A stretch of DNA of 64,000 nucleotides, taken from the NCBI GenBank assembly GCA_012295275.1, contig CM022678.1:17112001-17176000 (forward strand), in the 5' to 3' direction. This DNA is from Chrysomallon squamiferum (Eukaryota; Animalia; Mollusca). Of this stretch, positions 58,455 to 64,000 are shown piece by piece. Under the pieces are notes generated by a model. That model did no database searches. It saw only the letters and a list, made by a program, of their open reading frames with translations, and was not told the DNA's origin. The position numbers and the translations under genes were made by a program. Position 1 is the stretch's first letter; every line of letters begins with the position of its first letter.

Positions 58455-58606
58455 TACTATTTTCTTTATGTGTTTGATTGGGGTTTGTTTGTTCTTATAC
58501 TTTGTTTCTTTACAAAATCTATTATTTTTATTTTTCGTTTCAGATGCAGTACAATTTTATTCATCAACTTCTGTTAGATTGGTTGTTATTATTCAAGATC
58601 ATTTAA
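49042..58606 (+). CDS. Copy C: ShK-like/EGF-repeat receptor-type PTP-like protein (~881 aa if one 1-nt deletion is corrected)
   Basis: Exons 49042-49105, 51400-51501, 52120-53211, 53719-53818, 54250-54347, 54805-55208, 55748-55835, 56404-56480, 56716-56850, 57097-57222, 57603-57762, 58154-58289, 58544-58606. There is a -1 in a G run at ~57715. Confidence 0.85.
49650..49925 (+). promoter_or_regulatory. Exon-less copy of the promoter block (cassette 8)
   Basis: CTAAATATAG, GGAAACTGAAACTA 49740, GACGGAAGT; similarity stops before the ATG. A shorter relic lies at ~61690-61815. Confidence 0.55.
51400..51501 (+). CDS. ShK-like six-Cys exon, copy C
   Basis: [33 protein letters not shown], phase 1-1. 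Confidence 0.8.
52120..53211 (+). CDS. EGF-like Cys-repeat ectodomain exon, copy C
   Basis: Lies within ORF 51999-53282; donor GAAT|GTAAGT; 1092 nt, one repeat fewer than A/B. Confidence 0.92.
53719..53818 (+). CDS. Transmembrane exon, copy C
   Basis: [33 protein letters not shown]. Confidence 0.85.
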
Positions 58607-59563
58607 GAACGGGTGATGTAACAGAAGCTGACTGCAAACAAAGAAGAGGAAAATAAAATAAAAATCTATTAAAAAAAAGAAGATTTTTCAGTCAGAATTT
58701 GTGTTCTTTTTATGAACCTGAATCATTCCGTAATTCAGATGGCAAGAATTATAAAGGATAATGTATCTTCATTGGAAAGAAACCGAAATTAATGAAAGTG
58801 CATTAATTGTATTGGAATCTTGAATCAAAAGAAATAATTTGTTGCTGAATTTCCAAAACGTTTCTGATGAGAAAGGAAAACAATAGGTCTGAGAGAAATT
58901 TGTGTCAACCAGAAAGAAGACATTTCTATAATTAAGATGGCTCTCCTGTAATCAGTAAAGTGACCGATGGAAATATACTAAAAATTATTCTAGGTTGTCC
59001 TTTTCCATGTTTATAAAAAGGAAAACATTTAAAACACTTTTGTGACACTTATATTAAGCATAAATACAGTGTGTTTAATGATGAGTGAAATGTACAATGT
59101 CTATATATTTTTATTTGTAAATATCTGTAACTGACAATACGTGACAATTACATTTTTTGAAGAAGAGAGCAAAATGAATGGTTACATTCAGGCCGTTAGA
59201 AAACTCAGATAGTAAAAATGTGCTTGAGTATGTCTGTATGTCTGTGATTGTCCGTTTAGCTGTTTTTATTTACATATCAATTTTATACAGAATCTACATT
59301 GAAAAATATTGTTTTGTAAATGGAAGATCTTACAGTTTGAATTTATAATCATATACTGCGTATAATATTCAGATAACCTTGTTTCTGTTTTAAACTAATA
59401 ACAATAATTCAGTAGTGTGATAAGGGATACTATAAAACAATAATAATAACATTAACAACACCTTTTATAATAAAAATTTAAAATCCAGTAAATCTTCTTA
59501 GCATTTTCTTCCTCTTTCATAGGCAGGATGGAGTCTGTCATATAGAGATGTATGCAAAAGTTA

Positions 59564-60160
<597 letters not shown>

Positions 60161-60336
60161 TTTTTCTGTATATATTTAAATTTATGGGTTTTTTTTTATG
60201 TGTTTGCATGTTTGTATGTGAGTATTCTGATACGTGTATGTGTGTCTGTTTTTATGTGTATACCTGCGGGTATTCTTATATGTCTTAGTGAGCCTGTTTG
60301 AGTGTGGTTATATGTGTTTGTTTGTGTGTTTGTTTT

Positions 60337-60379
<43 letters not shown>

Positions 60380-60565
60380 ACTTTTTAACATTATATCAGT
60401 AGAGATGACTCTTGTAAAATTACATCCTTAATGAGCAGATAACAAACAAAACTATTATACTAGAAATACATGATACCCAAACATTTTACTGATCAAAATA
60501 TCATTTTTATACAGATTTTAAATTAAAATATTTGTATAATAAAAAACATAATAATAATAATAAAA

Positions 60566-60611
<46 letters not shown>

Positions 60612-60774
60612 TTTCCTTCAGTTATATGTTTCTTATATATATATGTCGAGGATATATTTTCACACTTAAATGCTGTTTGTTTTATTATTACTTATTTTAA
60701 TTGTTATGTCTTTTCCTACACGAAACTGCTTTTCTTTTCTCTGTATCACGTTTGCAAATAATGTAAAATCGTAC

Positions 60775-60819
<45 letters not shown>

Positions 60820-61279
60820 AATAAATAAATAAATAAATATTTTATTCTAAGAATGTTCCTGCCTTGAGGTGTGTGTATGTAGCTGTGTCTATATATGTAT
60901 GTATGTGTGTACGTATGTATTTACGTTCGTACAAATAACATTTGCATTCGTACGTATATACAAAGGAAATATTCCGGTGTACTACGATATTTCTTCTAAA
61001 TATAGACACACGTCACTGTCTGTACGAAACAATGTCTATTTTTATGACCTACAAGGAAACTGAAACTCTCGATAGGGTAAAGCGACCACAAACAACAGGG
61101 CATTGTACAATTTTTAGCCAAATATAAGTATTTTTGCTTTCTTCTTTAAATATTTAACATGTGAAGATAATGTATTACGTATAGAAGAACGGATACTGGG
61201 AACTGGAATAACTTTCTCGCTTACGATTTTACAAGAACATTGAGATACCCGATTCATGCGGACGGAAGTTCAATTAAAA

Positions 61280-61322
61280 ATGACCTCGGTAATAATTCTG
61301 CTGTCTGTTTTAACTCAGACAG
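61280..61322 (+). CDS. Signal-peptide exon of a probable fourth copy (D), continuing beyond the window
   Basis: MTSVIILLSVLTQT G|GTAAGT, preceded by the full block (CTAAATATAG ~60996, GGAAACTGAAACT 61055); 62170-62630 resembles sequence preceding the ShK exons of A, B and C. Confidence 0.7.
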
Positions 61323-62644
61323 GTAAGTTTATTTGAATTCTTTAAAAATGTGTTTGAGTGTGCACGTGTGCTTTGCCTGAATTATGTTAGACACACTTAA
61401 AATAAATTACTTCATTTGTATTGTGTTAAAAATAACTTTATACGCAAATAAGAAAATTTGGACAGGAAAACACAGACTCAATCATTTTTTTTTAGTATTC
61501 CTAAATCCTCCTTGAACTTCAGTTAGTATATCTCTACAAGATACAGTTTTAATCTATTGTTTAACACACTAATTAATAAATGTAATAGATGTCATTTTTT
61601 CCTTGCCGGCCTTTTAGTTTTATTTAACAACAATGAGTGATATTTAAAAATATCTATGCGGTGTTTTTATTCCGGTCGCCATGACCTCAGTCCGACTGAA
61701 GGAAATATTTTCAGCGTGATTCGACTTCTATTCTAAATATAGACATGAGTCATTGCAGAAATATGAAAAACATGTTAAAATAGTCTGTTACGTTTAGAAG
61801 AACAGACACTGGATAACCTTTTATTTAACACATAAATAAAAATAAAATTAATTCCATCCAAATAAACTTTAATTTACAAAACTGAGTACACTATAAAAAT
61901 ACCTGGGAGCTGTTTCTTTTTCTGTAGCCGTAACGTCATTACATATAGGATGTACCTTTTTTCTCTATAGCAGAGGCCGTTAACCTTGTCGATAGTGCCG
62001 ATAGGCAGCCGTTTGACTGAATGCTGTGAGCGTTTTGCCTTTTTTCTAGGGTTCATTCCTACGATGATCATTGTTTGTGTAGCCTGAATCCAATTAATAG
62101 CGGCATTTGTGTTCTTCCATTTTCAGTGCGACAACTGCTTCAAAAGCGAGAGCGATTTTCAGCAACTCGTTTTTACGTCATATGAGGAACTATTAAATAT
62201 TTAATCATTAAACTTTGATGAATAATTAGTTAAACTTTTACTTAAATTTTAGTAAATAGTATTTAAGTTTAAAATCTTAATTCTTAAATTATTGTGTGTT
62301 TGATGGACGTTCCAACTTTCCACTGTTTAAAGTGGGTGATAACATGAAAAATAGTTGCCTCGCTTTATTCTAAATATTATCTCTCGGCACAAAGATACAG
62401 ATTTATGCTATGTACAGGATATGGTAGTCAAAATAGAAGAAGAAAAACAACAGTATCAAAAATGAAAAACAAAACTCTTTAAGAATAAAAAACAATAATA
62501 ATAATAAATGAAACAAACCTTAGAAATAATTAAATAAATAAATTTAGACACAAAATAATTTTATAACCAAAACAATGTACATTTTTGTGTACATATGTAT
62601 GTATGCATGCGTGTATGTATATTTGCATGTATATATGTTAGTCA

Positions 62645-64000
62645 GTGTGTAAAACCAGTCATTTGGCCTAATGCCTGAAATGTTTCGGCATTTAGCCTAA
62701 CAGCCAACACCGTCAGGCGTTTGGACTAATGTCTAAAATTTCCGATGATTAGGCCAACCGACTGAAATAGACCTCTAGTCTTTAGGCAAAATGACTGAAT
62801 GAAAACGAATGACTTACAATTACATGAAAACATTTGTTTCGAAATACATCTATTTATTACAGCAGTTAAAATTTGAGTGATATCTTGATTTGCAGAAAAG
62901 AGTCTGCTTAAAACAATTAAAACGTTTTGTTTGACACCTCTTTGTTCAGGCACATTTGCATTTCACAAATCCTTGTCGACCTGCGGAATTACTCCTTTGA
63001 CACTGCTGCTCTAAGAGGCATTGTGCATTCTCTGGTCACGTCATTGTCATCAGTATTTACAATCACTCCCAGCAGGTTCCAGGGATCACCACGGCCCCTG
63101 TTGTCGGCTTCAATAGTCACTGCCACGTTGTCTCCTTCCTGTCTAGCGGTCAACACAACACAACTGCGTTTTATCATTCGCTCAGCTTGCTAAAATTCAG
63201 CATCTCTGGCAAGTTTTCTCTTCGTGCTGATGTACGATGTCGACACAGGAACTGTTTTCGGCAGCAACTGGTCATCCTTGGAGTTGGAAGGCAGCTGTTC
63301 AAACTCAGAGTTTGGTAGCGGTCGCTAAAATGAAATAAATTTAGAGATAAATATGTGGTGTTTGGAAAATTGCTGGAAGGCAAATTTCATATTTTTTCTA
63401 GCAATTTTGTGTACTTCTTGACCAGTCAAACTGCTAGAATTTATCCTGAATGTTACAATACTTGTTAGAAATGTATGAATGACATTCGCCATAAAAAGAG
63501 ACAAACGGTTCTCATCAAGAGAACATACTCCAGTTCCTTGCGTCATTCCCGATCATCAAGGCTACTAACAGATCTTTAATGTCTGAGTTGCGTCGCTCTA
63601 CAGAGCCCTGGCTTCGGGCGTGTCTTCGTTTCCCGTGCACAGTAACCAAATCGGTCCACAATCCCATCAGTTCCTTGACTTCAAAAGCTGTAAACGCGGA
63701 TCCGTTGACACTTTGCAAGACACGAGAAGCTCCAAACATCAGGAAGATGTCAGAGAATACAGAAGTTAGTCAAATTACCCTGGTAAACCACGACCCACTT
63801 GTACTTTCTACTTGGTAAGGACTGCATATCCACAAGATTCACTTGACCACGTGACGAAAACTCCTTAGTCAGAATAGGTTTTATTACGGCAGCTTTGGTT
63901 GTTGTCCTCTTGTGTTTCTGTTGACAGTCCGTGCATAACGACTTGAACAATTCGATAGCTTCACGTGTCACATTCACATATTTTGGGGATAGTTCTTTCA
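62645..64000 (-). mobile_element. Degenerate KRBA2/SCAND3-like (GINGER2-type) integrase element, partial
   Basis: NVTREAIELFKSLCTDCQ, RGQVNLVDMQ, FGASRVLQSVNGSAF, HGKRRHARSQGSVERRNSDIKD, GDNVAV..DNRGRGDPWNLLGVI and a C-terminal GQGFVKCKC Cys cluster, split by frameshifts. Confidence 0.85.

Overview
AT-rich, microsatellite-laden animal genomic DNA; a mollusc or other lophotrochozoan is a guess from composition and gene content. The window holds a tandem cluster of intron-containing receptor genes that the ORF track only partly shows. Splicing by hand gives one architecture: signal-peptide exon, a 102-nt ShK-like six-cysteine exon, one ~1.1-1.2 kb exon of EGF-like Cys repeats, a TM exon, a Tyr-bearing acidic juxtamembrane region, and a single PTP domain with atypical WMD and [10 protein letters not shown] motifs. 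There are three near-complete copies: A (<1-8687), B (30260-40959) and C (49042-58606). The leader exon of a fourth copy (61280) and two PTP relics (one inverted) are also present. All three near-complete copies carry frameshifts as assembled; those in B and C are single-base homopolymer indels. A promoter plus signal-peptide-exon cassette is repeated about 9 times, six of them upstream of copy B, and most carry a canonical ISRE-like GAAANNGAAAC and a MEF2-like box. Other features are a hAT (Buster/Charlie) element with TIRs and TSD, a Tigger relic, a KRBA2/SCAND3-like integrase element and an ankyrin-gene fragment. All gene models are manual and unverified by transcripts.
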